A stretch of DNA of 64,000 nucleotides from Planctomycetota bacterium (GTDB lineage: Bacteria > Planctomycetota > UBA8108 > SXIK01), in assembly GCA_965223265.1 (NCBI GenBank), contig OZ244999.1:2848001-2912000 (forward strand), given 5' to 3'. The position numbers and the translations under genes were made by a program. Under the pieces are notes generated by a model. The model saw only the letters and a program-made list of their open reading frames with translations. It was not told the DNA's origin and did not search any database. Below, in pieces: positions 38,714 to 48,914 of this stretch (position 1 is the first letter of the stretch; each line of letters starts with the position of its first letter).

Positions 38714-41700
38714 GGGTTGAGGCTGAGCGTCTTCGTGGCTCCCTGCCCTGTGTCATCGTCCGTAAGTAGCAGACTCAGGCCGAATCGATAGCCTTTCGGC
38801 GGCGGATTCTGCGGCGAGAATTCACCCGAAAACGTCGACCAGGGAAGTGCTACTTCATAGATCGCGCCGGTGTTGTCAAGCTTTCTCTTGACTGCGAACT
38901 TGCCGTCGGGTTTCTCACCTTCTTCTTCGTCCTCCTCTTCTTTCTCGTCCTCGTCTGTGTCCTCGCCAGATTCTTCGTCTTCGTCACTGAGTTTGTCTTC
39001 GTTGCGGCGTTTCGGGACGGTCAGCGCCAAAGTCATGAGGAGGTCTGTACCGTGCTGACGGTAGCCCTTGTCCGCCGTTGGGTCGACGCCAATGATCAGG
39101 CAGTCGCCTTTCCAATTCTCTGCGTCGCGGTCATACGGGTGCAGCACGTCGTCGGTCACGTCAAAGGCAAAGTAGAAGTAGTTCTCATCCCAACCGGTGT
39201 AGAGGGTGCCAGAGAGATCTTCTTCGCCTTCCCAGTGCTGCAGGATTTTAGGGCCAGGAATGGAACCGATGTACCGTGGCGTATTGAGGTCCAAGCGTGA
39301 CCCGATGTCCCACCAATCGTTGAGGCGCCCGTCGATCGTCGGTGGGTGGGGGAGGCGCCGAGAGGTGATCTCGGGCATTGACCGACCTCTTTTGAACTGA
39401 CGCTCCATGTGCTCCTGCTTGAGGCCATCAAGCACGAACTGCGCTAGGAGCTGTTCCTGGCGAGATTGACCGCCAACGGATTCCTCCTCAAGAAGTGAGC
39501 GGTCCACGAGTCGAATGGCTTCTTCGATCTTGTCTTTGCGAAGGAATTCTTGCGCTAGTCTTGTCAGCACCGTGGTGTCGTTCGGTTCGGACAGCCATGA
39601 CTTGAGCAACGGAGTGTCGGTGAAGAACCGCTGCTCAGACTCGGTGTCGGACTCGAACGCGGCGTCGCCGCCGTCACTTAGGACGACGAAACGTCCGTCG
39701 ATGAGTGCACTTGCGAAGCTCCCCTTCTCTTCCAAGAACTGATTGACCTGTTCCGCAACTTCCGGGCGTCCCGTACCCTTCTTGCGGTCAAACACTGAAA
39801 TCGAGTTGTTCGGGTCGTGAAAGATGATCAGTCCAGGCGCCAGGTAGAGGCGCCATTGAGAGCTGTAAAACGTCCCCAGATTCGGCTCCGACGGCCACAC
39901 CTTGCCGATGACCGCTCGATCGACGCCGCCGCCGGGGCGTAGCTCCAGGGCCAGCAGCTCCCAGTGGTCGTCACCGTGCACTACGTAGAGCTGTTGTCCG
40001 TCGCGAAAGATAGAAAACCGCGAACGCCGAGAGGGGAATCCTTCGTAACGCCACCGTTCGGTTCCGGTGGTCGTGGAAATCGACACGAGCGCCGGGTGGT
40101 TGCCCGCTCGGTTGAGCAGAATGATGCACTCGTTGGGGAAATCCTCGAAGTGGTTCAGCGTACGTATGAAGCCTTTGCCGCGGTCGGGGGCGTAGCTCCA
40201 GAGGGTCTGCTCGCTGCGTAGGTCGAAAAGGTCGACTCGCCCGCGGTAGGGTACGAGCAGCCGATGACCCGGCAGCACGATGCGTTCGGGCCGCAGAGTC
40301 GCACGCTCGCCGGCAATGCGCCGCAACAGAGCTCCTGTCGTCGCGTCGTGAACGTGGATGCCCGCCGGTGCCTTGCTGAAGATGAAAATCTTCTCGAGCG
40401 CGAAGACGTGTTTGACGTGATCCGGTTCGTACGTCAGCTGCACCTCCCAGATTCTTTCGCCATCGATCGAGTAGCGAAACAGAGTGCCGCGACTCGTCAG
40501 GGCGAAGAGTCCGCCGGCGTCGATCTCAACGTGGAGCAGCTGCTCGCGTAGCTGACGCAGATTCTTCGTGTTTTCACCGAAGGGCACATGCCACTTGACG
40601 AGCCCGTTCTCCGTGTCAATCGCGAACAGATTGCTCCGATCGAAGAGTATCAATAACGCGTCGACAAAACGGCCGCGGAGGGCCCGTGGCCCGTGACGCG
40701 GTAGCGTCGAGAAATACGTGCCGCTGTTGAGCACAAAGCCAGGGATGAGGCTCAGGTTGACTCGCCACTTGTACAATCCGGTGTCGACGCCTCGAAGGTC
40801 GACCATTTCATTCGATTGCGTCAAGAATGTCCCGTCCAGAGCCGCAGGCGCGTCGCCTTCTGGAACAAGAAAGAGGCGACTCACCGCCTCAAGATTCGCC
40901 GGCGAGCGCCACGCTTTTCGGAGCGGCGCACGGAGCGTTTTAGGAGCGCCCGCTGGCAGCCCAATCAGTCCCGGGTCTCTGAGGCGCGGCTCCAAGTAAT
41001 CGCGGACCGTCTCGCCGCTCTTCATGTTGCCGACGCCATCCACGGTGTCGTCTCCGAATTGCTCAATCACCGCGAGCGAAAGCTCTTTGGCTTTTTGCCT
41101 CTCGCCGCTTTGGAACAAGAGATTAACGAGGTGGAGGTGCACGCGCACGAGTTCGCCTCGATCGATCTGGGGGTCGTCAGCGTAATCGCGAACGTATCCT
41201 TCGAGCGCTCCCGCTGCCTGCTGAAGGCTGAGACGATCACGATATCTTTGCGACAGATCGAGATACGCCGCGGCAGCCGCTCTGGTGAACGGGTAGGTTC
41301 GGATCACTTCCTGGTAGAGAATCGGCGTGCTCTTCTGACGTGCTTCAGCAAGCCGCGCCGCAGCAGCGGTTTCGACTGCTTCGAAGACTCTTTGCGGTTC
41401 CGCGCTCTGACGTCGCAAACGGCGGATCCGGTCGCGTAGATATGCGTCACTGCTGACGGATAGGAGCGGTGTCGGACTATACTCCGTCGCGCCACGATCG
41501 ACCTCCAGCGCAGCGTGGAGGTGAGCGAGAGCCGCTGCGGCTTGCCCGCTCGCCTCGAGCGCGTCTGCAAGCGCGACGGCGGCGCGAATTTTCCGCTCGG
41601 CCGTGTTTTCGAGGCGGACCCGAAACGTGAGTAGTCGCAGGCGTATCGCGTCGACCGCCTCGGTCGTGCTGAGAGCCGCAAGCAAGTCCGCGAGTTCCAA

Positions 41701-43956
41701 ATGCAGGCTGTCTTCGTCGGAGTTCGGAACGGGAGGTTGCGGGTTCGCGCTCCACCATTCATCGAGGTGTTGAAGACCTACGTTCACGGCATTGGCACGG
41801 AACTCGTGCTTGGCGCGCAGGAGATGCTTGACGCGGTTGTCAGCGCCGCGGCCGGAGAGTTTCTGCGCCGCTTTTCCGCGCGTTCCATAGAGGCAGACTG
41901 CTTCGGGCGTTGTCACCACGAGCGCATCCTCGCAGAGCAGCAGATTGCCCGCTCCGCCTCGATCCCAGAAGGTGCGCGAAAGTACCGATCCATCCTTCGG
42001 GGAGAGGACGAGCAGCGACCGGCGGCCAGGGATGAGAATGGAACCTTCCGTGACATGGCCGCGTCCAAATGGAGAAAAGCGGACCTCTTCTCCGTCGAGA
42101 TTCCAAGCGACGTCGCCGCGGTCGGGCCCGGTGAGCTTCACCGCACTGACCGAAGTGCCGCTGAGCACGCACAGATCCTCGGTGGCGCCGACGATAATGC
42201 TGTGGGCCTCGCGCAAAACGCTCCAGTTTAGCGCAGCGCTTCGACGGTCGATTGAAAAGAGGCGCGTGGAGTCCTGAGGTGCAACAACGAGATGTTCTCC
42301 CGAGTGGATGATTGGATTCGGTAGCCATCGATTGGCGGTCCGGATCGCTGCCTGCTGAGCGAGAGCATGCAGGCGGGGGTATTCAATGATCCATTCGATG
42401 ACTCCGTCTTCGCCATCCAAGGCAGCTACGAATCCTTGGTTCGTGACGACGTAGAGGCTTTGACCGATGCTCAGCGGCGGTGAACTGTAGCCGCCGAGCC
42501 CAAGGTAGTTCGAGTTGCCCGAGGAGCCTAGGTAGGTTTGCCACCGAGTACGGCCGTCAGTGTTGAGGCAAATCATGTAGACGAGAAAGTCTTGCCCGTG
42601 GCGCACGGTGATCGGCACGACCAGGTTCTCGGCATGCAGCGCCGGTGGACTGAGTAGGCACAACGGTGGCGTGCTCGCCTCTGATTCAGCTGGTGTTTTG
42701 TCGCTATGCCTGTCCGGCGGGTGCGCCGCGGCGACGATCTCACCATTCGCGGCGTCGTAGTCGAACCAGATACGCCATCGGAGTTGTCCCGAGTCGCGAT
42801 GGACGGCGACCAAGGAACTATCGTAGACGAGGTAACATTCGTCGGTGCCTAGAAGTGGAACGCGGACAGTCGAAAGTGCATTCGGTGCTTCATTTACCTC
42901 GAGCGTCCACAAGAGCGAATTGCGCTTCAAATCCAGAGCGATCGCCCGCCCGGCGTGATGCGTGAGGACGAAATCTCCCTGTGCGGCTGAAAAGTACGGC
43001 AGCGGTACGAGGCCGTCGTGTGGCATTGACGTGCCAATCTGGTCCATCGACGTGCGTAGGCGGCTGTCCGGCAGAGCGAACTGAAAGGTGACGTCTCCAA
43101 GTTCAAACGGCTGCGTTTGCGGCGACGCTGCTGGGGTTTCGGATTGAAATACGCTTCGCACTTCAGAGTCTGAGGTGTCGCTGGCGGACTTCAAAACGCG
43201 CGGTGCAGACTCAAGTGCCGCGGCTACACGTCGGCGCACGTCTTCGGCCAGCGTATCGTACGAGGGTTCTCTCGTGATGCGCTCGATCGCAGCGGTTGCC
43301 TGGCGCAGATCGGACCCGTTTTCGAGAATGATGGCCAGTTGCAAAAGTGCGAGCTGGCACTCAAGCCACTCGAGGAGGCGAGCGTTCGGAATGCGGTTCT
43401 CGGTCGAATTGCGCTGAAGAGTTTCTGCTAGTCGTTTGCACGCCGCGCGAGCTCGGTGCCAGTTTCCTGCTTCGAACGACACATCGACTTCTTCACGCAG
43501 CAGCTCGACGTCCAAGCTGTTGCCCGGATAGTCCCGCAGGAGACGATAACGCAGCAACCCGCGGCGTGCAGGCGAAAGTGTCTCGGCTTGGCTCTCCCAA
43601 AGGGCGCGCAGGGTGGCGTCTCTTCGCTCCACGTATTGCTGACGCATCTCATCTGGGAGCGAGTCAATCACCCGGGCGTAGAGGCGTCGAATGCCCAAGG
43701 CTAGCCCACGCCCGCTCTCGCCGACGCTGTTTTCGGATGCCTCTTGGGCCAGCTCTGCGTGTCGCGTCAGGCCCTCGAGGACGGCTTCCCAGTTTTCGCG
43801 CGTCGCGAACGCTTCGAGGCGCTGCCAGTGGAGCGCGTGGCTGCCACCGGTCGGCAACACCAACGCCGACTCAACGCGCTCCTGCGTCCAGCTCTCCGGG
43901 GCAGCAAAACAGACGCACGTCGCCATGACGACGATTCGAAGGTGCGATCCCGTCAT
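38626..43956 (-). CDS. Giant exported protein: PQQ/BamB-like beta-propellers, TPRs, C-terminal CBM9/DOMON-like domain
   Basis: Signal peptide near M50 of the 1825-aa ORF; many 'A.D..xG...W' propeller blades; TPR helices ('YQEVIRTYP'); 'PTIDGRLNDW...WDENYFYFAFDVTDD...GD...YEVALPW...FGLSLLLTDDD'. Confidence 0.8.
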   Translation of the reverse strand: MTGSHLRIVVMATCVCFAAPESWTQERVESALVLPTGGSHALHWQRLEAFATRENWEAVLEGLTRHAELAQEASENSVGESGRGLALGIRRLYARVIDSLPDEMRQQYVERRDATLRALWESQAETLSPARRGLLRYRLLRDYPGNSLDVELLREEVDVSFEAGNWHRARAACKRLAETLQRNSTENRIPNARLLEWLECQLALLQLAIILENGSDLRQATAAIERITREPSYDTLAEDVRRRVAAALESAPRVLKSASDTSDSEVRSVFQSETPAASPQTQPFELGDVTFQFALPDSRLRTSMDQIGTSMPHDGLVPLPYFSAAQGDFVLTHHAGRAIALDLKRNSLLWTLEVNEAPNALSTVRVPLLGTDECYLVYDSSLVAVHRDSGQLRWRIWFDYDAANGEIVAAAHPPDRHSDKTPAESEASTPPLCLLSPPALHAENLVVPITVRHGQDFLVYMICLNTDGRTRWQTYLGSSGNSNYLGLGGYSSPPLSIGQSLYVVTNQGFVAALDGEDGVIEWIIEYPRLHALAQQAAIRTANRWLPNPIIHSGEHLVVAPQDSTRLFSIDRRSAALNWSVLREAHSIIVGATEDLCVLSGTSVSAVKLTGPDRGDVAWNLDGEEVRFSPFGRGHVTEGSILIPGRRSLLVLSPKDGSVLSRTFWDRGGAGNLLLCEDALVVTTPEAVCLYGTRGKAAQKLSGRGADNRVKHLLRAKHEFRANAVNVGLQHLDEWWSANPQPPVPNSDEDSLHLELADLLAALSTTEAVDAIRLRLLTFRVRLENTAERKIRAAVALADALEASGQAAAALAHLHAALEVDRGATEYSPTPLLSVSSDAYLRDRIRRLRRQSAEPQRVFEAVETAAAARLAEARQKSTPILYQEVIRTYPFTRAAAAAYLDLSQRYRDRLSLQQAAGALEGYVRDYADDPQIDRGELVRVHLHLVNLLFQSGERQKAKELSLAVIEQFGDDTVDGVGNMKSGETVRDYLEPRLRDPGLIGLPAGAPKTLRAPLRKAWRSPANLEAVSRLFLVPEGDAPAALDGTFLTQSNEMVDLRGVDTGLYKWRVNLSLIPGFVLNSGTYFSTLPRHGPRALRGRFVDALLILFDRSNLFAIDTENGLVKWHVPFGENTKNLRQLREQLLHVEIDAGGLFALTSRGTLFRYSIDGERIWEVQLTYEPDHVKHVFALEKIFIFSKAPAGIHVHDATTGALLRRIAGERATLRPERIVLPGHRLLVPYRGRVDLFDLRSEQTLWSYAPDRGKGFIRTLNHFEDFPNECIILLNRAGNHPALVSISTTTGTERWRYEGFPSRRSRFSIFRDGQQLYVVHGDDHWELLALELRPGGGVDRAVIGKVWPSEPNLGTFYSSQWRLYLAPGLIIFHDPNNSISVFDRKKGTGRPEVAEQVNQFLEEKGSFASALIDGRFVVLSDGGDAAFESDTESEQRFFTDTPLLKSWLSEPNDTTVLTRLAQEFLRKDKIEEAIRLVDRSLLEEESVGGQSRQEQLLAQFVLDGLKQEHMERQFKRGRSMPEITSRRLPHPPTIDGRLNDWWDIGSRLDLNTPRYIGSIPGPKILQHWEGEEDLSGTLYTGWDENYFYFAFDVTDDVLHPYDRDAENWKGDCLIIGVDPTADKGYRQHGTDLLMTLALTVPKRRNEDKLSDEDEESGEDTDEDEKEEEDEEEGEKPDGKFAVKRKLDNTGAIYEVALPWSTFSGEFSPQNPPPKGYRFGLSLLLTDDDTGQGATKTLSLNPCHLLPYSQKSNLVWRFIVPNFFPQVRLD

Positions 43957-44383
43957 CGAGTACCTGCTGAGCGCGGCCGCGCGCTGTGTTGAAATGTCGC
44001 CGCGATCTAGAGTTTGGTCGCGCTCTAAAGTGTTGCCGCGATAAGTGTTGTATTGATTGCTTCGAAGGTCCGGCATTGTAGGTCGACGGCCGGAGAACGT
44101 CAAGAATCCGGCGGTGTGGTGCGCTGCAACACACGTGGCGCAACCACCTCTTCTCTACAACTATATACAGTGAATCGTCTCGATCGCACGTGCGGCTTGC
44201 GTGCATCTTGGCGAGTGTGCTGATTTGTCCCACCTTGCCGCGTTGACATCCGGCGCCCGTCTGACGTGCGACAGGCGTCTTGATTACCGGGCGTCGTTTG
44301 CGACGCTCGCGAGCATCCGGTGGGAGCAAAGATCGGCTTCCGAGAGCCAGGGCGAGTCGTCGAAGGCCGCCCTCAGTACGCGA

Positions 44384-45349
44384 TTATCCGACCCGCGAGC
44401 TGACTCGTTGGGGCACCGCGTTCCTGGCGACAAGACGCAGCAGATGGAGCGGCCTGGGTGTCGCATCTCCTTCGCCAGAGCAGCGAAAGATCAGCAGACT
44501 CACGCTCTCGTCGGCGCTGTCATCAGCAGTTCTGAGGGGCACTCGAAGTACTTCAAGCGGTTCCGTGCGGTCGCCGAGAATCGACGGCGGAAGCGATCGT
44601 CCTGGCGAGACCGTTCTCCAGCTGTTGCTTGCAGACCTCAGAAGTGGCGACCAGAACGCCCCTCCGGAGGTCGCCGTCGCTATGAACTGCTCGTCGTAGC
44701 CACCAAAGAGGCCCCAGCCGTAGCGGAGCACCAGCGACGTCGACGAATGCTCGACGAAAACGCCACCGAGAGCAGCGAACTGTTCGCTCAAAAAACCCTG
44801 CAGCTGGCGCAAGCGAGTGCGTCTCTCCGCGTCTGAAGATGCGTCGCCGCAACTGCCGGCGAGGTCTTCGAGGAGGTCATAGTATCGGTCATTCTTCGCC
44901 CCCGGGTTGGGGGCGGTCGTGCACTCCTTGGCGGTGTTCTCGGCTCGGCGAGATACAGCTTTGCGAACGACGGTGAGCAGATCTTTGTCGAAATCGACGA
45001 TGGGCTTCGTGATGTAGTCGAATGCTCCCATACGCAGCGCCTCGATGGCGCTGTTCATACTGCCGCAACCGGTTGCGATGATGACTTCGACCAGCGGGTC
45101 CTCTTCCTTCAACTGGCGTAGCACTTCTAGCCCATGGATTCCCGGCATAACCAAATCCAGGAGGACGGCGTCGGTCGGCTGCGAAGCGTCGCGAAACATC
45201 TCGAGAGCTTCGTCGCCACGTTCACACGACGTGACCTCGTAGTCATGAGTTTCCAGGTAGAGTTTGAGGGCATTGCGGATGAACGGTTCGTCGTCAACGA
45301 CGAGGACGCGAGGTCGTTCCGGATGCGCCTGGGCGAGTTCTTCTGGCAT
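44384..45349 (-). CDS. Response regulator receiver protein with unrecognised C-terminal domain
   Basis: 'VLVVDDE', 'LLDLVMPGIHG', 'ATG', 'GAFDYITKP'; no HTH seen. Confidence 0.85.
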   Translation of the reverse strand: MPEELAQAHPERPRVLVVDDEPFIRNALKLYLETHDYEVTSCERGDEALEMFRDASQPTDAVLLDLVMPGIHGLEVLRQLKEEDPLVEVIIATGCGSMNSAIEALRMGAFDYITKPIVDFDKDLLTVVRKAVSRRAENTAKECTTAPNPGAKNDRYYDLLEDLAGSCGDASSDAERRTRLRQLQGFLSEQFAALGGVFVEHSSTSLVLRYGWGLFGGYDEQFIATATSGGAFWSPLLRSASNSWRTVSPGRSLPPSILGDRTEPLEVLRVPLRTADDSADESVSLLIFRCSGEGDATPRPLHLLRLVARNAVPQRVSSRVG

Positions 45350-45357
45350 GGTCGTCT

Positions 45358-46161
45358 TCAGTCCAATCCGCTCAACTGATCGATCATCGCTGCTACATCG
45401 TCGATTGGGATGCGTTTGGCTTCCTCGACTCGCAGAGGCTCATCCGGCCGTGAAGTCGAGTCAGACGGTGCTCCCTGGCCGCTCGTCTTGAGCGTCTCGA
45501 CGACGCTTTCCTTAACGCGACCTGCAACCTCCCTGGCGATCGCGAGAGTCAGGTTCTTCGGCAGCTCACCACTTGGTTGGCCGCCGTCGTTTGAGTTCGC
45601 GATGTGCTGCTTGAGCAGCGAGACCATCTCGGCGAGCCTCTCTTTGATCTCAGGATCGGTGGACGTCACCGGGGCCGCCGTGTGCTCTATGGATACGGGG
45701 TGCGCTGGCGAATCTGAAGCCTCTTCGGCGAGCGAAGCGTCGGCAGCGGACGCCGCCTCTTCGGGTTGTCGGGCCGGGACGGGTGCTTCAGCAAGCGGCT
45801 CTGCTGCTTTTGGGGTGAATCGTGGCTTGGCGCTGGAAGGGTCTCGCGTGTCGGAGGCGTCCCTGATCTCCATCTTGCCTGCGCTCTGAACCGAGGCGGT
45901 TGCCGGGTGCTCGCGGGCGAGCACCGCGCGAGCGGATTCCCACTCCTGCTGAACTTCTTTCAGGTCGGGAATGCGGAGATGGCGAAGCGCCGTCTGAAAC
46001 TCTTCTGGCTCCAAGGCCCGCTTCAAGTCGTGAAGGGAAGCCGAGAGTTCGCTCCACTCATGGGCGGCTTCGTCGAAGAGCTGGCGGATTTCCGTCATCT
46101 CTTCGAGCTGCTCGCTGCTTGATTCGATTCGAGTTTTCGCTGGGCGTTCGATGTCTTTCAT
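45358..46161 (-). CDS. Hypothetical helical/disordered protein
   Basis: N-terminal coiled coil, Ala/Pro/Glu/Ser linker, helical segment, terminal amphipathic helix IPIDDVAAMIDQL; 8 nt upstream of the response regulator. Confidence 0.7.
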   Translation of the reverse strand: MKDIERPAKTRIESSSEQLEEMTEIRQLFDEAAHEWSELSASLHDLKRALEPEEFQTALRHLRIPDLKEVQQEWESARAVLAREHPATASVQSAGKMEIRDASDTRDPSSAKPRFTPKAAEPLAEAPVPARQPEEAASAADASLAEEASDSPAHPVSIEHTAAPVTSTDPEIKERLAEMVSLLKQHIANSNDGGQPSGELPKNLTLAIAREVAGRVKESVVETLKTSGQGAPSDSTSRPDEPLRVEEAKRIPIDDVAAMIDQLSGLD

Positions 46162-46524
46162 GTCTCGAAAGTACGTCGATTCGGAGTGTTACGTAGATGC
46201 GACCTAAAAAGGTGTCTTTTTAAATGTACAGTGCTCTCCGGCATTTGTCACAGAGGGGGACGAACTGTAAAAGATGTAGACGAAGCTTCTCCGCCCACTG
46301 GTGTGTGCGGCGTAGGGCAGCCCTCTGCGAAAGCGGGAAAAGTTGGCGTTTGCGTAACACTGGTCGCGTGTGTACTTTTTTTTCTCGCTCGATCGTCCAG
46401 AAGGCGTGCATGTTGCGGAGGCAATCGTTACCGGACGCGCACTGCTCTCTGAGGGCATCGCCGTCCTCAATCTGAACGAAGAACCTCCACGTCGCTTCCG
46501 CTACACACACGATCGAGATTCCGC

Positions 46525-47049
46525 ATGAAAGACCAAGAAAACTCCTCAGTGTCTGCGATCTACTTCAAGGAAACGAGTTCGAAGGCGGGCGACTTTCTGC
46601 ACGAACTCAACGACCCGAAACTATTGAAGAATCGCGACATACCGGATACCGCGAAGATCGAGCTGCGGCGTCACCAAGTCGCACGACTGCGGTCCACGAT
46701 CGACGTTCTGAAGGCGAAGCGAGATGAGTTCAACCGCCGCATGGACGACTATATCGGTAATCTGACGAAGCTGGCGAACGAGCTCAGCTCTGGAGTGACA
46801 AACGGTGACACCGAAAACGACGCCGACGGTGAGGCGACGGATAGCCACTGCATCTTGACGCGTGTCCATTGCCTCCACTGTAGCGCCGAGAAGTGCTTCG
46901 AGCAGATCAAAGTCGTATTTGCTCGCGAGTCCGAAGAGTCCCTCTCAACGCCAACGGAGCTCTACGTCCTCGACCATGGAGCCTTCAAGAAGGGACATTT
47001 CTGCTGCGAGAAGTGCGGCACCGAAGGCCTCGTCATTAAGGCCAACTAA
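46525..47049 (+). CDS. Hypothetical coiled-coil / zinc-ribbon protein
   Basis: Coiled coil, then CLHC...CEKC pairs. Confidence 0.7.
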   Translation: MKDQENSSVSAIYFKETSSKAGDFLHELNDPKLLKNRDIPDTAKIELRRHQVARLRSTIDVLKAKRDEFNRRMDDYIGNLTKLANELSSGVTNGDTENDADGEATDSHCILTRVHCLHCSAEKCFEQIKVVFARESEESLSTPTELYVLDHGAFKKGHFCCEKCGTEGLVIKAN

Positions 47050-47193
47050 CTCGTCTTCTGCTCCTCGTGTCGCTCTGAATTGCGGACTGGCAGGCGGGCG
47101 CCGTACGGTCCGTTTCTGCATGCTTCTTAGGTCGTCCCGCGTCGAAGACGCGAAACGCGAAACGCGAAGACACGAAGCAAGCCGAGCTGTGCC

Positions 47194-48795
47194 TCAGGCG
47201 TGACAGGCTTCCCAGCTCAGGTTCAACAGCTTGGCGAGGTCTTGTAGCTTGAACGGCTTCAGTAGGTGTCCGTGTGCGCGTCGAATGTACGATTGAAACG
47301 TCTCGTCAGGGAAGCGTCCCGACGAGAAGATGATTTTGGGCGGCGGAGAAAAGCGTTGGAAACGCTCGAATGCCTCAAAGCCGTTCGCGGGTCCAGGAAG
47401 ACAAACGTCGAGGATCACGTAATCGAACGGCTCGACCGCGAAGGCCTCCACCGCGGGTTCGACCCGCGAGCAGCAGACCACGTCATGGCGATTGAGAAAC
47501 TCCCGAACCGAGTCCCGCGTGGCGGACTCGTCGTCGACGATGAGAATGCGAAGTTCCTTTTCCGGGACGACAATCGCGGAAGATTCTATCGCCGTGCCTG
47601 ATTCGATCGCGACTGGACAGGGATCCTTCGAGATAGGGAGTGTCACTGAAAAGATCGTGCCGGTCTCACCGGTCGTGACGTCGATCCTGCCGTGATTGGC
47701 ATTCACCATGTTGTAGCAGACGGTCAAGCCTAGCCCAGTGCCCTGGGCATTGCCGCCTCCCAGAGCGCCTTTTGTTGTGAAGAACGGGTCGAAAATCCGC
47801 TCGAGATTCTCGGGAGAAATCCCTTTGCCGTTGTCTTGCACGTCGATGCGCACTGCGTCGTTGGTGGCGTCTCTCGAGGCTTTGATCACGATCGCTCCGA
47901 CGCCCGATTCGACTGCGTGAATAGCGTTCAGAACGAGATTGAGAATGATTTCCTGTAGATTGCCGGCGCTGATCTTTGCGTAGAGGTCCGATTCGACGTC
48001 GTCCGACACACGAACCCCGTTCTTTTCGACCTCCTTGGCTGTAAGTCGTAGGGTGTCTTCAATCACTTCGCCGACGTTGCAGCCACCTGCGTCGATACCC
48101 TGCGTGCGGTTGTAGGTTGAAAGGCTGCGTGTCAACTCGAGCGCCCGAGTTGTCTGGGTCAGAGCGACGTCAATGAGTGCATCGCACTGTGTCGCGTCCC
48201 GCTTTGCTAGCTGGGCGTATGCAGAAATTCCCGCCATGATGTTGTTGAATTCGTGCGCGATCCCGGCTGCCAGCAGTCCGATCGTCGCCATTTTTTCTGC
48301 ACGGACGAGGTCACGCTGACTCTTGATCAGAAGCTCGTTCTGCGCTTCCAAGTCGTCTGTCAAGTGCTTGAGCCGCATCGCGGTCCGGGTGCGTGCGAGT
48401 AGCTCAGGTACATGAAACGGCTTCGGGATATAGTCGTCCGCGCCGGCGTCGAAACCCTGGACTCGATGATCCACTGAGGCTCGTCCAGTGACTAGAATGA
48501 TCATGATCCCTGCCGTCGACGCGTTTGCTTTGAGGCGGCGACACACCTCCAGCCCGTCGATTTTCGGCAGCATGATGTCGAGAAGGAGAAGGTCCGGACG
48601 AAGTGCCTGCACTTTTTCTATCGCTTCAGCACCGTCAGTCGCCTCCGAGATCTGGTAGTCCTGCGTCGAGAGAATGCGGTGGATCACTTTGACGATGTCT
48701 GGATTATCGTCGACGATGAGGACATGACCTGCGGAAGCGGATGGCTTCGGTGCGATCCGTGTCGCGTCGGAGTTTGCCCGCAGTTCTGTACTCAT
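47194..48795 (-). CDS. Cytoplasmic hybrid histidine kinase (REC-HisKA-HATPase-REC)
   Basis: REC 'LIVDD...LDIMLP', H-box 'AGIAHEFNN', N-box 'NLVLNA', 'DNGKG', 'FDPFFTTK', 'GTGLGL', second REC; no TM segments. Confidence 0.92.
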   Translation of the reverse strand: MSTELRANSDATRIAPKPSASAGHVLIVDDNPDIVKVIHRILSTQDYQISEATDGAEAIEKVQALRPDLLLLDIMLPKIDGLEVCRRLKANASTAGIMIILVTGRASVDHRVQGFDAGADDYIPKPFHVPELLARTRTAMRLKHLTDDLEAQNELLIKSQRDLVRAEKMATIGLLAAGIAHEFNNIMAGISAYAQLAKRDATQCDALIDVALTQTTRALELTRSLSTYNRTQGIDAGGCNVGEVIEDTLRLTAKEVEKNGVRVSDDVESDLYAKISAGNLQEIILNLVLNAIHAVESGVGAIVIKASRDATNDAVRIDVQDNGKGISPENLERIFDPFFTTKGALGGGNAQGTGLGLTVCYNMVNANHGRIDVTTGETGTIFSVTLPISKDPCPVAIESGTAIESSAIVVPEKELRILIVDDESATRDSVREFLNRHDVVCCSRVEPAVEAFAVEPFDYVILDVCLPGPANGFEAFERFQRFSPPPKIIFSSGRFPDETFQSYIRRAHGHLLKPFKLQDLAKLLNLSWEACHA

Positions 48796-48914
48796 GCCGT
48801 CTCCACCGTCCGTGTCATGCCGCGCGCTGCAAGTGACTGATGAAGAATACGATGGCGCTGCTCGGGAGCCCAGCTGGGGTGGTGTGCCCGCCGGTCCGAG
48901 TGCCGGCAAATAGA

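Noticed and set aside
47149-47175. (ACGCGAA)x3 between convergent genes
   Set aside because: A short microsatellite with no evident function.
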